Shown here one piece after another: positions 7,114 through 16,066 of a stretch of 32,000 nt of DNA. The position numbers and the translations under genes are program-made. Positions within the stretch are counted from its first letter, which is position 1. The number at the start of each line of letters is the position of its first letter. The stretch lies in the NCBI GenBank assembly GCA_022564515.1, contig JADFLH010000001.1:40917-72916 (forward strand), in the 5' to 3' direction. Below the pieces are notes generated by a model that saw only the letters and a program-made list of their open reading frames with translations, made no database searches and had not been told where the DNA came from. This stretch comes from Nitrososphaerota archaeon. Its GTDB lineage: Archaea; Thermoproteota; Nitrososphaeria; Nitrososphaerales; Nitrosopumilaceae.

Positions 7114-8643
7114 GTGAAACGCACCTTTACGATTTTTGTACTTGTTTTTTTGCTTGCCAGCCTTTCAAACTATGCAAATGCGCAAACTAGCGATAAAGTT
7201 GTAATTTTAGAAACACAATCAGGAAAAATCGTAATAGAGTTTTTTCCTCAAGACGCACCAAAAACAGTAGAAAATTTTCTTAAATTAGCTGATAGTGGAT
7301 TTTATGATGGTGTAGTTTTTCATAGAATCATTAAGGATTTTATGATTCAGGGCGGTGATCCACTCACTAAACAAGTTGAAAATCAAGGACAATGGGGCAC
7401 AGGCAATGCTGGATACAACATTCAAGCTGAATTTAACACCATTAAACACAACAGAGGCATTGTTTCAATGGCAAGATCTGCTGATCCAAACAGTGCTAGC
7501 TCACAATTTTATATTGTACATAAAGATTCAAACTTTCTTGATGAACAATATACGGTTTTTGGCCGTATACTAACTCAAGAAAGCTTTGATACACTTGATA
7601 AAATTGCATCGCTAAGCACAGGAGCTAAAGATGTTCCACTTGACATAGAACAAGCTAAGATTCTAAAAGCAGAAGTGGTAATAAGATCAGAAATTTCTGA
7701 CTTGTTAAATCTGGGAAGCCCAGAGCGAGTTTTATCTCCTACTGAATCTCTTACTGAATCTCCTATAGAACGATATACAGATGAAAAACTTGGAATTTCC
7801 TTTATCGCACCCTCTGGTTGGATTATACAACAACCACAAAAAACTGCACCAGAGGTTCCAGACATTGTAATAACAGGTCCCATAAGTGAAGGATTTAATC
7901 CACTCATTTCAATTACCATAGTTGATTCAGACGGTAAATCACTAGAACAAAAAATGATTGAAACTAGAGAATCTTTTCAACAAGTAATAGATGATGGTAC
8001 ACTTGAAATAATTTCTGAAGAAAAAACTACTATTGATGGCAAAGAAGCGCATGTTTTACATGCGGTGGGAGTATTTGAAAGTGAAATAGGCGCCGCGAAT
8101 CTAAAATTCAACGAAATCAAGATTGCAACTCCCGATAAATTTTATACTTTAGCTTACATAAACAGAGTAAATAATTTTGAAGACCACCTAGAAAATTTTG
8201 AAACTGTGAAAAATTCATTCGTAATATTATCTGCTGGTGGGGAAATTTACAGTGATGAAGTAAATCAGGAAGGAGGAGGATGTCTTATTGCAACGGCTAC
8301 ATTTGGTTCTGAATTGGCTCCTCAAGTACAACAGCTTCGAGAATTAAGAGATAATTCACTATTACAAACTGAATCAGGCTCTGCATTTATGGAATCATTT
8401 AATCAATTCTATTACTCTTTTAGTCCCACCATAGCTGATTATGAAAGACAGAATCCAGTATTCAAAGAGATTGTAAAGCTTGGTATAACTCCATTACTTA
8501 CCTCACTTTCAATTCTAAATTATGTCGACATGGATTCAGAATTTGAAGTTCTAGGATATGGAATTAGTTTGATTATATTGAATGTTGGAATGTATTTTGT
8601 AGCACCTGCAATCGTCATTCATAGAATTAAAAAATATGTTTGA
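7114..8643 (+). CDS. Secreted cyclophilin-type peptidyl-prolyl isomerase fused to a PsbP/Mog1-like middle region and a C-terminal CLIATA-box anchor module
   Basis: Cyclophilin motifs FHRIIKDFMIQGGDP and SMARSADPNSASSQFYIV. A GTG at 7114 gives a classic signal peptide, MKRTFTIFVLVFLLASLSNYANA. The track's start is 7075. The C-terminus is GGGCLIATATFGSELAPQVQQLRELRDN...YYSFSP plus a terminal TM helix. Confidence 0.85.
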   Translation: MKRTFTIFVLVFLLASLSNYANAQTSDKVVILETQSGKIVIEFFPQDAPKTVENFLKLADSGFYDGVVFHRIIKDFMIQGGDPLTKQVENQGQWGTGNAGYNIQAEFNTIKHNRGIVSMARSADPNSASSQFYIVHKDSNFLDEQYTVFGRILTQESFDTLDKIASLSTGAKDVPLDIEQAKILKAEVVIRSEISDLLNLGSPERVLSPTESLTESPIERYTDEKLGISFIAPSGWIIQQPQKTAPEVPDIVITGPISEGFNPLISITIVDSDGKSLEQKMIETRESFQQVIDDGTLEIISEEKTTIDGKEAHVLHAVGVFESEIGAANLKFNEIKIATPDKFYTLAYINRVNNFEDHLENFETVKNSFVILSAGGEIYSDEVNQEGGGCLIATATFGSELAPQVQQLRELRDNSLLQTESGSAFMESFNQFYYSFSPTIADYERQNPVFKEIVKLGITPLLTSLSILNYVDMDSEFEVLGYGISLIILNVGMYFVAPAIVIHRIKKYV

Positions 8644-8698
8644 TCCTGAAAATTCTTAATTCTTATTCAACAATTCGTATCAAATGTTAATTATTTAA

Positions 8699-9361
8699 TT
8701 ATCTTGAGATCTCTGATCTCAATATATCATAAGCATGAGCTGCATCCTTTGTATTCAGAGTAATGATCATCTTGTCTCTTGAAAAATATGCATCCTCCCA
8801 TTCAATTCCATTTGTATGTAACAAGTCTGATACAAAGCTACCAACATCTGAACGATTTTGTCCAGAAGGAATACCAATGGTAATTCTAGTCAAACCGGTA
8901 CTAAACTGACTTTGAGTGTTTGGAAGTGATTCAAATAATTTTCTTACATCAGCTATATCTTCAGTTAAAAACCTAAAGGAATCAGATAGACGGAAAAACT
9001 CGTAATCTGGTTCAATTTTTGAGAACTGCTCAAAAAACGAAGATGCATCTGCAATTCTAAAACTGTCTCGTGGGACTCTAACATCCATCATACCATCGGT
9101 AAGAGAAAGCCTGGCATTTTGCAGGATTAGCTCCTCCTTGACTGGTTCTTTGTCCTGGAATGAATCAGAATATCGTTTTATAGCGACAACAATCGTATTC
9201 AGATTGACCGAATTTCCTAGAATTTTTTCTACATCTGGCTGGATTTTGACTGCCAGAGCAGTATAATTAATCACATCCATCTTCATGCAATCATGAATTG
9301 ATCTATTCCCAGTGATGATTTCACGTATAACTTCAGGCACGGAAAGATTTGCCATCCTCAT
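8699..9361 (-). CDS. Putative regulator: N-terminal HTH-like segment plus C-terminal ACT-like domain
   Basis: 220 aa. VINYTALAVKIQPDVEKILG is HTH-like. The C-terminal GLTRITIGIPSGQNRSDVGSFVSDLLHTNGIEWEDAYFSRDKMIITL is ACT-like. Divergent from hsp20. Confidence 0.4.
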   Translation of the reverse strand: MRMANLSVPEVIREIITGNRSIHDCMKMDVINYTALAVKIQPDVEKILGNSVNLNTIVVAIKRYSDSFQDKEPVKEELILQNARLSLTDGMMDVRVPRDSFRIADASSFFEQFSKIEPDYEFFRLSDSFRFLTEDIADVRKLFESLPNTQSQFSTGLTRITIGIPSGQNRSDVGSFVSDLLHTNGIEWEDAYFSRDKMIITLNTKDAAHAYDILRSEISR

Positions 9362-9367
9362 AAGAAA

Positions 9368-9391
9368 TATTATATAGTGTCATATATAATA
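9368..9391. promoter_or_regulatory. Perfect palindrome TATTATATA-GTGTCA-TATATAATA in the divergent promoter region
   Basis: 9-bp arms are exact reverse complements around a 6-bp spacer. The element lies about 26 nt upstream of the ATG at 9361 on the minus strand. It is related to the element at 9428-9448. Confidence 0.5.
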
Positions 9392-9427
9392 GGATTGTGT
9401 AATTAGCCTTACAATCTACCATTATAC

Positions 9428-9448
9428 TTATATAATGTCATATATATT
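9428..9448. promoter_or_regulatory. Second copy of the TATA-rich element, upstream of hsp20
   Basis: TTATATAATGTCATATATATT matches TTATATAGTGTCATATATAAT (9370-9390) at 19 of 21 positions. It lies 18-38 nt upstream of the hsp20 ATG. Confidence 0.5.
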
Positions 9449-9465
9449 ACATAATGTAGATAAAT

Positions 9466-9960
9466 ATGACAATGTTCTATGATGACGAATTTGATAGACT
9501 CTTCAAAAGAGTATCCAGATCCTTCGTGAATCTGGATGATATCTTTGGGGGAAAATCAACAGGAAATCTTTACGGACCCATTTTTTATGGTTACACGATG
9601 ACCATTGGCCCAGATGGAAAACCTGTAGTATGGGAATACGGGAATACAAAGCCAGAACTATCAACATCTGATACTAGAGAACCAATTGTGGATACAATTG
9701 TTGATGAGAAGGAAAAGGTAGTCAAGCTAATTGCCGAAATGCCTGGCGTAGATAAAAAAGATGTCAAAATTGTAGTTGATGATAACATAGTAAGCATTGA
9801 CGCAGAACATGGTGACAAAAAATATTATGTCAAAGTGCCAATCAAGCACAAAGTTGATGAAAACGCTGTAAAGGCATCATACAAAAATGGCATACTTGAA
9901 TTAACATTCAAGTTAAAAGATCCCGAAAAACCAAAAGGAAAAACAGTGGAGGTAGAATAA
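9466..9960 (+). CDS. hsp20: Small heat shock protein, Hsp20/alpha-crystallin family
   Basis: 164 aa. The alpha-crystallin domain reads VKLIAEMPGVDKKDVKIVVDDNIVSIDAEH...ASYKNGILELTF. Confidence 0.88.
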   Translation: MTMFYDDEFDRLFKRVSRSFVNLDDIFGGKSTGNLYGPIFYGYTMTIGPDGKPVVWEYGNTKPELSTSDTREPIVDTIVDEKEKVVKLIAEMPGVDKKDVKIVVDDNIVSIDAEHGDKKYYVKVPIKHKVDENAVKASYKNGILELTFKLKDPEKPKGKTVEVE

Positions 9961-9972
9961 ACCTCCTTTTTT
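9948..9972 (+). terminator. Hairpin plus T6 spanning the hsp20 stop codon
   Basis: GGAGGT (9948-9953), a 7-nt loop, ACCTCC (9961-9966), then TTTTTT (9967-9972). Oligo-T is the archaeal termination signal. Confidence 0.45.
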
Positions 9973-9985
9973 ATGGTGATAAATA

Positions 9986-12133
9986 ATGAGCGAAATTGAA
10001 TTAAGGATTGAGGAAACTTCTCAGCAACACGTTGGTAATGGACGAGCAATAATTGATCCAAAGATTATCGAAGATGCTAAATGGAATACTGGACAGATTT
10101 TAGAATTAACATACAACAAAAAAACCCATGTAAAACTTTGGCCTGGCACAACAGAAGATTATGGTTCTGGTATAATCAAAATCGATGGAATGACAAGACA
10201 AAATATCGGTGCAGGTATTGGTGACAAAATTAAGGTAAAGGCAGTTGAAGCAACAGCTGCAGAACAAATAGTATTGTCTCCAACTGAAAAAATTCAAGCT
10301 GAAGGATTACAGGAATACATGGTCCAAAACTTTCTAAATCATATTTTTACAACTGGTGATGCTCTAACTTTAGGAACACAGATGGGAGGTAAGATACAAT
10401 TCATTATAACTAGTACAAAACCATCCAAGCCAGTTATTGTAACAGAACAAACAATTTTCAAGCTTGGCACAATGACAAAGGCTATTGATTCTTCTTACCC
10501 AAGAATCACATACGATGATCTTGGCGGAATGAAAAACGAGATTCAAAAAATCAGAGAAATGGTTGAATTGCCAATGAGACATCCAGAATTATTTGAAAAA
10601 ATAGGCGTAGAGGCACCAAAAGGCGTTTTACTCTATGGGCCTCCAGGAACAGGCAAAACTCTACTGGCAAAGGCTGTTGCCGGTGAAACCAACGCTCACT
10701 TTATTTCAATAAGTGGTCCTGAAATCATGGGCAAGTTCTATGGTGAAAGTGAACAAAGACTTCGAGAAATTTTCAAACAAGCAGAAGAAAACGCTCCTAG
10801 TATCATATTCATTGATGAGATAGACTCTATTGCACCAAAAAGAGATGAGGTCACAGGCGACGTTGAAAAAAGAATTGTTTCACAATTACTTTCTTTGATG
10901 GACGGAATGAAGAAACGTGGTAAAGTAGTTGTAATTGCTGCAACAAACAGACCAGACTCTATCGATCTTGCTTTGCGTAGACCTGGTAGATTTGACAGGG
11001 AAATTGAAATTGGAATTCCTGATGACAAAGGAAGACTGGAGATACTAACTATTCACACAAGAGGAATGCCACTTGAAGAGAAAGTGGATCTTGAAAAGAT
11101 TTCAAAGATAACACATGGTTTTGTTGGAGCAGACCTTGAAGCTCTTGGAAAAGAGGCAGCAATGAGGTCATTAAGAAGGCTGTTGCCAGAAATTGATCTT
11201 GATCAAGATAAAATTTCATCTGAAGTATTACAAAAAATCAAAATTACAAGTGAGGACTTTAGAGAGGCACTAAAAGAGGTAAGGCCATCAGCACTAAGAG
11301 AAGTTCTAGTTCAAATACCAAACGTTACTTGGGATGATGTTGGTGGACTTGAATCACTCAAGGAGGAATTAAAAGAAGCAATCGAGTGGCCACTAAAACA
11401 CAAAGAAGCAATTGATTACGTAAACGCAGAAACTCCAAAAGGCATTCTACTGTACGGTGAACCCGGTACTGGTAAAACATTGATTGCAAAAGCAGTTGCA
11501 AAAATGACAGAATCAAACTTTATCAGCATAAAAGGACCAGAATTACTTTCAAAGTGGGTTGGAGAATCAGAAAAAGGTGTAAGAGAAATCTTTAGAAAAG
11601 CAAGACAAGCTGCGCCTTGTATAATTTTCTTTGATGAAATAGAAGCTATTATTCCAAGACGTTCAGCTGGAGGTTCAGATTCACATGTTACTGAAAATGT
11701 CGTCTCGCAAATTCTATCAGAGATTGACGGTCTTGAGGAGCTTCATAACGTATTGATAATTGGTGCAACTAACAGATTGGATATTATTGACCCAGCATTA
11801 TTGCGTCCCGGTAGATTTGATAGAATCATCGAGGTTCCAATACCCGATACAAAATCTCGTGAACACATATTCAAGATACATACTAAAAAGAAACCACTGG
11901 CAATAGATGTTGATTTTTCAAAACTAGTCAAGCTTACAAATGGATTTACAGGCGCAGAAATTGCTGGAATAGCAAACAGAGCAGCAATAACTGCACTCAA
12001 ACGCTATGTTAGCGGAACATCAAAAACCATCAAGGAAATCAAAATAACACATAAGGATCTAGTTGATGCAATCCAAAAGGTTAGACCAATTCATCTCAAA
12101 ACAGAAGAGCCACTAACTCAAACTATAAAATAG
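9986..12133 (+). CDS. cdc48: Cdc48/VCP/VAT-type AAA+ ATPase (N domain plus D1 plus D2)
   Basis: 715 aa. Two Walker A motifs are present, GPPGTGKT and GEPGTGKT. Two Walker B motifs are present, IIFIDEID and IIFFDEIE. There is an N-terminal Cdc48-N-like region. A GGTGA box lies about 10 nt upstream. Confidence 0.93.
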   Translation: MSEIELRIEETSQQHVGNGRAIIDPKIIEDAKWNTGQILELTYNKKTHVKLWPGTTEDYGSGIIKIDGMTRQNIGAGIGDKIKVKAVEATAAEQIVLSPTEKIQAEGLQEYMVQNFLNHIFTTGDALTLGTQMGGKIQFIITSTKPSKPVIVTEQTIFKLGTMTKAIDSSYPRITYDDLGGMKNEIQKIREMVELPMRHPELFEKIGVEAPKGVLLYGPPGTGKTLLAKAVAGETNAHFISISGPEIMGKFYGESEQRLREIFKQAEENAPSIIFIDEIDSIAPKRDEVTGDVEKRIVSQLLSLMDGMKKRGKVVVIAATNRPDSIDLALRRPGRFDREIEIGIPDDKGRLEILTIHTRGMPLEEKVDLEKISKITHGFVGADLEALGKEAAMRSLRRLLPEIDLDQDKISSEVLQKIKITSEDFREALKEVRPSALREVLVQIPNVTWDDVGGLESLKEELKEAIEWPLKHKEAIDYVNAETPKGILLYGEPGTGKTLIAKAVAKMTESNFISIKGPELLSKWVGESEKGVREIFRKARQAAPCIIFFDEIEAIIPRRSAGGSDSHVTENVVSQILSEIDGLEELHNVLIIGATNRLDIIDPALLRPGRFDRIIEVPIPDTKSREHIFKIHTKKKPLAIDVDFSKLVKLTNGFTGAEIAGIANRAAITALKRYVSGTSKTIKEIKITHKDLVDAIQKVRPIHLKTEEPLTQTIK

Positions 12134-12159
12134 ATGGTAAAAAAGAATCAGATAACCAA

Positions 12160-12378
12160 ATGAAGATTTACCTTGATTTTGAGCCATGTGATCAATGTAA
12201 AACTATAATGAGTGAGCTTAGCGATGAAAAAATGATGTTTGCTGATGAAAAAACTAGGACCGACGAATCTGCAAAATTTCTTAGGCATTTAACTTACAAT
12301 CACAGCGAAGTAGTTCAGGCAGTACTCAAGGATCTACCAAAGCAAAAAAGAAATCAAGAATTTGATTTCTTCAAATAA
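12160..12378 (+). CDS. Small hypothetical protein, 72 aa
   Basis: ATG ORF 27 nt downstream of cdc48 on the same strand. I recognise no family. Confidence 0.4.
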   Translation: MKIYLDFEPCDQCKTIMSELSDEKMMFADEKTRTDESAKFLRHLTYNHSEVVQAVLKDLPKQKRNQEFDFFK

Positions 12379-12497
12379 TTTGAGGTCCTTGTAAATTTTT
12401 CCAAATCCTACAAGACAGTATATGCCTCTATTACTCTCATTCTTGGCAGTATGAGATAAATTTTCATTAATACGAAGCATTTGTTGAAGGTGACTAA

Positions 12498-13523
12498 ATG
12501 CGAATTACAAGCCCGAAAATAACTATTCTCATTCTTTCTATGTATTTTCTTGTGTTTACAATTGATTATTCATTTACCGAAGAACAAAATGATCTTAATT
12601 CCTGGGAAGTTGTCATTCCATTTGGTGCATATGATCCTTCCTTTGATACACCTGTAGAAAATTGGTATGAACCACCAGTAATTTCGATTCAAAAGGGAGA
12701 TACAGTAACATGGATCAATAATGACAAGGAAGGTCATACTGTTACAAGTGGAAAAGGTCCAGGAAGATTTGGATGGATGGGTGGTAAAAAACTTGGTGAA
12801 CCAACTGGTTACTTTGAAAGTGGAAGATTCATGGAAGGAAATTCGTGGTCATTTACATTCAACGAGACCGGTCTCTTTAGCTATTTTTGTATTATTCATC
12901 CTTGGATGGAAGGAATTGTCATTGTAGGCGTATCAATCCCAGACTATCCACACGATGCGTCTGGAAATAAAATAGAAAAATTTCCTTTGATTGGTTATAC
13001 CGCTGATGGTATAATTGAGCTTGATTTAACATGGGAACCACATATTCTCAAAACAAACGAAAAGGTTTCATTCATTTATCAAACATATGATCCTTCAACC
13101 AACTCAAATTTGGACAAAATGAAGTATGATCTAATACTGATACAAAATGGTGAAGAAATATTTCGTGATGATGGCTTGACTGCAATTGGTGGTGATTACC
13201 GAAATTACATCTTTGAAGAACCAGGATCATTAGAAATAAGATTTGAAAATATTGAAAGTGGTGGTATTTCAGGAATAGAAAGCCCTGCTAGAGCCCCAGT
13301 CGACGATCTTTCATTAAGAACAGTCAAGTTTACTGCTATGGTTTATGAAAACCCAGATAAACTAACTCCAGATGAAATACTTGTTCAACCAGCAAAAAGA
13401 TTAGAACTAAAATATGAAATCCTTGTTGCAATCATCGTGATTCCAGGCGGTTTAGCTGTAGCCGCCATTCTTCTCATGATGTATGGTAAAGAAAAGCCAA
13501 CAAAAAGTAGTTCTGCAATTTAG
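12498..13523 (+). CDS. Membrane-anchored blue (type 1) copper protein, plastocyanin/amicyanin-like cupredoxin domain plus an extra beta-rich domain
   Basis: N-terminal signal or anchor. The His ligand lies in NNDKEGHTVTSG. The C-x2-H-x2-M ligand loop is FCIIHPWM, with amicyanin-type spacing. A C-terminal TM helix is ILVAIIVIPGGLAVAAILLMMYG. Confidence 0.85.
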   Translation: MRITSPKITILILSMYFLVFTIDYSFTEEQNDLNSWEVVIPFGAYDPSFDTPVENWYEPPVISIQKGDTVTWINNDKEGHTVTSGKGPGRFGWMGGKKLGEPTGYFESGRFMEGNSWSFTFNETGLFSYFCIIHPWMEGIVIVGVSIPDYPHDASGNKIEKFPLIGYTADGIIELDLTWEPHILKTNEKVSFIYQTYDPSTNSNLDKMKYDLILIQNGEEIFRDDGLTAIGGDYRNYIFEEPGSLEIRFENIESGGISGIESPARAPVDDLSLRTVKFTAMVYENPDKLTPDEILVQPAKRLELKYEILVAIIVIPGGLAVAAILLMMYGKEKPTKSSSAI

Positions 13524-13587
13524 ATAACGTTTTTACATTTGTTACCAACTGTTGTAACTTTTCATTAATTAAAAAATCCTAAATTAA

Positions 13588-13734
13588 TTCAGAAAACAAG
13601 TACCAAAGTTTCCACAAATTTTAGAAGTAGAATTTGGTGGCTCATATGCTAAAGGAACTTGGCTTCCAGATATAGGCGATCTAGATATATTTTTAAAATT
13701 CAAAGAATCAACTCCAAAAAAAAATTTGATCTAG
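13588..13734 (+). pseudogene. cca: Relic of a CCA-adding enzyme / Pol-beta nucleotidyltransferase head domain
   Basis: A 48-codon open frame with no start codon: FRKQVPKFPQILEVEFGGSYAKGTWLPDIGDLDIFLKFKESTPKKNLI*. GS-x-A-[KR]-x-TWL...D-x-D-[IV]-F-L matches the catalytic head of archaeal class I CCA-adding enzymes. No continuation exists in any frame. Confidence 0.6.
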
Positions 13735-13817
13735 TACACTAATCCTCTTGAATAAAATACATGATGAACTCATTTATCAGCATTAAACATAAAATACATT
13801 ATTAACTAAGAAAACAC

Positions 13818-14261
13818 ATGAAAACAAAACACGTAATTTTGTTTTTGATATTTGGCTTGTTTATTTTATTTCCTATAATTGTACCTATAACTGCCCAAAA
13901 ACCAAACCAAGTACCTTTACCTCCACCAATTCCACAACCACAGCCAGAACCAGAACCAATTCCCAGAAAAGAACCAAAACCGATTGAAGAACCATTCCCC
14001 GGGTTAACAGATGAAGAAAAATTTGAAAAACTCACTGAAGAAAATAAGAAAATAAAATCTGAAAACGCTGAATTAAAATCAGACGTTGAAAATCTAAAGA
14101 TCCAAAAAGGTTTCTTACAGAATCAAATAAGTGTGCTAACTAAGAAACTTGAAGATCTTAATGCTGTAGCAATGGAACAAGTTAAAGTGATAATGGGTCT
14201 TGTAGCACAACTCAAAAACATAATTTTTGATAACTTGTTTTCTTCTGTTATTTCAGTTTAG
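13818..14261 (+). CDS. Secreted or anchored protein with a proline-rich linker and a coiled coil
   Basis: Signal or anchor MKTKHVILFLIFGLFILFPIIVPITA. This is followed by PLPPPIPQPQPEPEPIPRKEPKPIEEP and then a heptad-like segment, EENKKIKSENAELKSDVENLKIQKGFLQNQISVLTKKLEDL. Confidence 0.65.
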   Translation: MKTKHVILFLIFGLFILFPIIVPITAQKPNQVPLPPPIPQPQPEPEPIPRKEPKPIEEPFPGLTDEEKFEKLTEENKKIKSENAELKSDVENLKIQKGFLQNQISVLTKKLEDLNAVAMEQVKVIMGLVAQLKNIIFDNLFSSVISV

Positions 14262-14274
14262 AATTGAAAAATAT

Positions 14275-15195
14275 TCAAATACAAAGATTGAGTGTTTTTT
14301 TGATTAATGCAATTCTATTTCTAATGGTGACATCACTTATTCCTGCAATATCAGAGAATTTCTTTTGACTTAATTTTTCTCCATTAATTATAGATGAAAG
14401 GTAAAGAGAAGACGCAGCTACCGCTACCGGATGTTTTCCCGAAGTAATTTCTAAATCCTCAGATTTCCTCAAAATGTCAAGAGCGTCCCGTTTGGTTTTT
14501 TCTTTTAGGTTGAGATTATTAGAAATTTTTACAATGAATGAAGCAATATCGTATTGGCCTAGTTTAAGATCTAATCTATTTATCAACGTCCTTAGATCTC
14601 TTGATAGCGCTTTTCGTTCAATATTACCTACCTTGGCTACATCATCCAATGTTCTTGGAATATTATTATCACGACATGATGCATACAATGAAGCAGCTAT
14701 TAATGAGGCTGTAGTTCGTCCTCTAGTCAGTTTTTTAGAAACAGCTTTTCTATAGATATAAGCAGCATGTTCAGCCACGTTATCTGGAATTGCAAGCTTT
14801 GTTTTCATGGCATTTAGCAGTGTAAACGCTTTGTTCAAAGCTGAAGTAGCTCTTGGTTTACTACGCTTATCCCAAATACGTAATCTTACAAACTCATATT
14901 TTGTTTTGCTTGATAAAACATGACCAGAAGAATCTACATTATTGCCAATAATAGTTGAAAGACCCCTGTCATGCATAGTTAAGGTTGTAGCTGGACCTGT
15001 TCTAGTTTGAGTCATAAACTCTTCCTGAGTAAAACCATGTGATTCGTGTGATATATCGGGTACATTTTGCAATAGGACAAGACCGCAACCCCCGCAGAGT
15101 ACTTCGCCTCTTTCATTATCGGTAACTACAGGGTAGGTTTTGCAAGTATCTATTTCACACTTGACATCATATTCAATAGAAGAATTTTGTACCAC
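14275..15195 (-). CDS. tfb: Transcription initiation factor TFB (TFIIB homologue)
   Basis: 306 aa. N-terminal Zn-ribbon CEIDTC...CGGCG, followed by two cyclin-like repeats. The GTG start is forced: an in-frame TAG lies 3 codons upstream and the next ATG would delete the Zn ribbon. Confidence 0.9.
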   Translation of the reverse strand: MVQNSSIEYDVKCEIDTCKTYPVVTDNERGEVLCGGCGLVLLQNVPDISHESHGFTQEEFMTQTRTGPATTLTMHDRGLSTIIGNNVDSSGHVLSSKTKYEFVRLRIWDKRSKPRATSALNKAFTLLNAMKTKLAIPDNVAEHAAYIYRKAVSKKLTRGRTTASLIAASLYASCRDNNIPRTLDDVAKVGNIERKALSRDLRTLINRLDLKLGQYDIASFIVKISNNLNLKEKTKRDALDILRKSEDLEITSGKHPVAVAASSLYLSSIINGEKLSQKKFSDIAGISDVTIRNRIALIKKTLNLCI

Positions 15196-15416
15196 TACTA
15201 ACTATCATACGTGATGGACAAATAAAAGGGAATTGTAACCGGCAAATTTCACTGGCAGATTATGGTTGGATTGCAAAAAATGTTATTCCACTCGCCTGAA
15301 AATTATTTTGAACTCTTCTGCAACATTGTATATCATGTTTAAACAATGTATTTCTTACTCTTCGTTGTTTTTATTCCATGCGAGACTTCTCGTGTTAAAA
15401 GAAAAATTTTAACAAA

Positions 15417-16040
15417 CTATTTTTTGTACATAGTGAGAATTTCTTTTACTTCTTGATCTGAAACCTGGTCAAACTGTTCATAGAATTGTCCTACTGCAGA
15501 AAATTCTGTTGGAATATACAACACAATAACGGATGAAACTTTTCTTTCAATAATTTCGTAAGTGTCAGCTGGTATTACTGGTATGACTAGCAAAATTTTT
15601 CCTGTCTTTTGATTTACTAGCCAATTTAATATCGCAAAAACCGTTGAACCCGTAGCAATCCCATCATCAACTACAATTACAGTTTTTTTGTCAAGATTGT
15701 AATCTGTGTTACCTCTGTATTCTTCTAATCTCCTTTTTACCTCCTTTTTCTTTTTGGTTAGTTCATCATCAAAATTTGCCCACTTAGCGTAGCGCTGCCA
15801 ATTCTCTCCTTTGTATAGTGTACCATCGTAAGTTATTGCTCCAATTCCATATTCCGGATTTTCAGGGGGAGTAATTTTCTTTGAAATCACAATATCTAAT
15901 TTACATCTTAATATCTTAGCAACTTCATGTCCTACAATTACTCCACCACGAGGAACAGCTAAAACTATTGGATCTATAATATTAAATGCCAAAAGCTTTT
16001 TTCCTAATAACTGTCCCGCCTCAATTCTATCATGAATCAT
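15417..16040 (-). CDS. Type I phosphoribosyltransferase family protein
   Basis: 207 aa. The PRPP-binding motif is VIVVDDGIATGST. Confidence 0.8.
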   Translation of the reverse strand: MIHDRIEAGQLLGKKLLAFNIIDPIVLAVPRGGVIVGHEVAKILRCKLDIVISKKITPPENPEYGIGAITYDGTLYKGENWQRYAKWANFDDELTKKKKEVKRRLEEYRGNTDYNLDKKTVIVVDDGIATGSTVFAILNWLVNQKTGKILLVIPVIPADTYEIIERKVSSVIVLYIPTEFSAVGQFYEQFDQVSDQEVKEILTMYKK

Positions 16041-16066
16041 TATCTAGAAATTTTTTTCTTTTGAAA

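Noticed and set aside
9591-12000. Antisense track ORFs within hsp20 and cdc48 (9591-9818, 9825-10061, 10106-10297, 10370-10582, 10738-11028, 11743-12000)
   Set aside because: They are shadows of well-supported genes, with Ser/Ile/Phe-rich products and no motifs.
13900-13990. Reiterated GAACCA/CCAGAA units that look like a DNA-level microsatellite
   Set aside because: They are in frame and encode the PxP/EP-rich linker of the 13818-14261 protein. This is a coding low-complexity region, not an independent repeat element.
15196-15416. Unusually long (220 bp) intergenic region upstream of tfb, checked for small ORFs, tRNA-like or structured RNA
   Set aside because: I found only ORFs of under 30 codons without motifs. 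There are no convincing stems or C/D boxes. A TTTTATTT box about 28 nt upstream of the GTG explains part of it as the tfb promoter.
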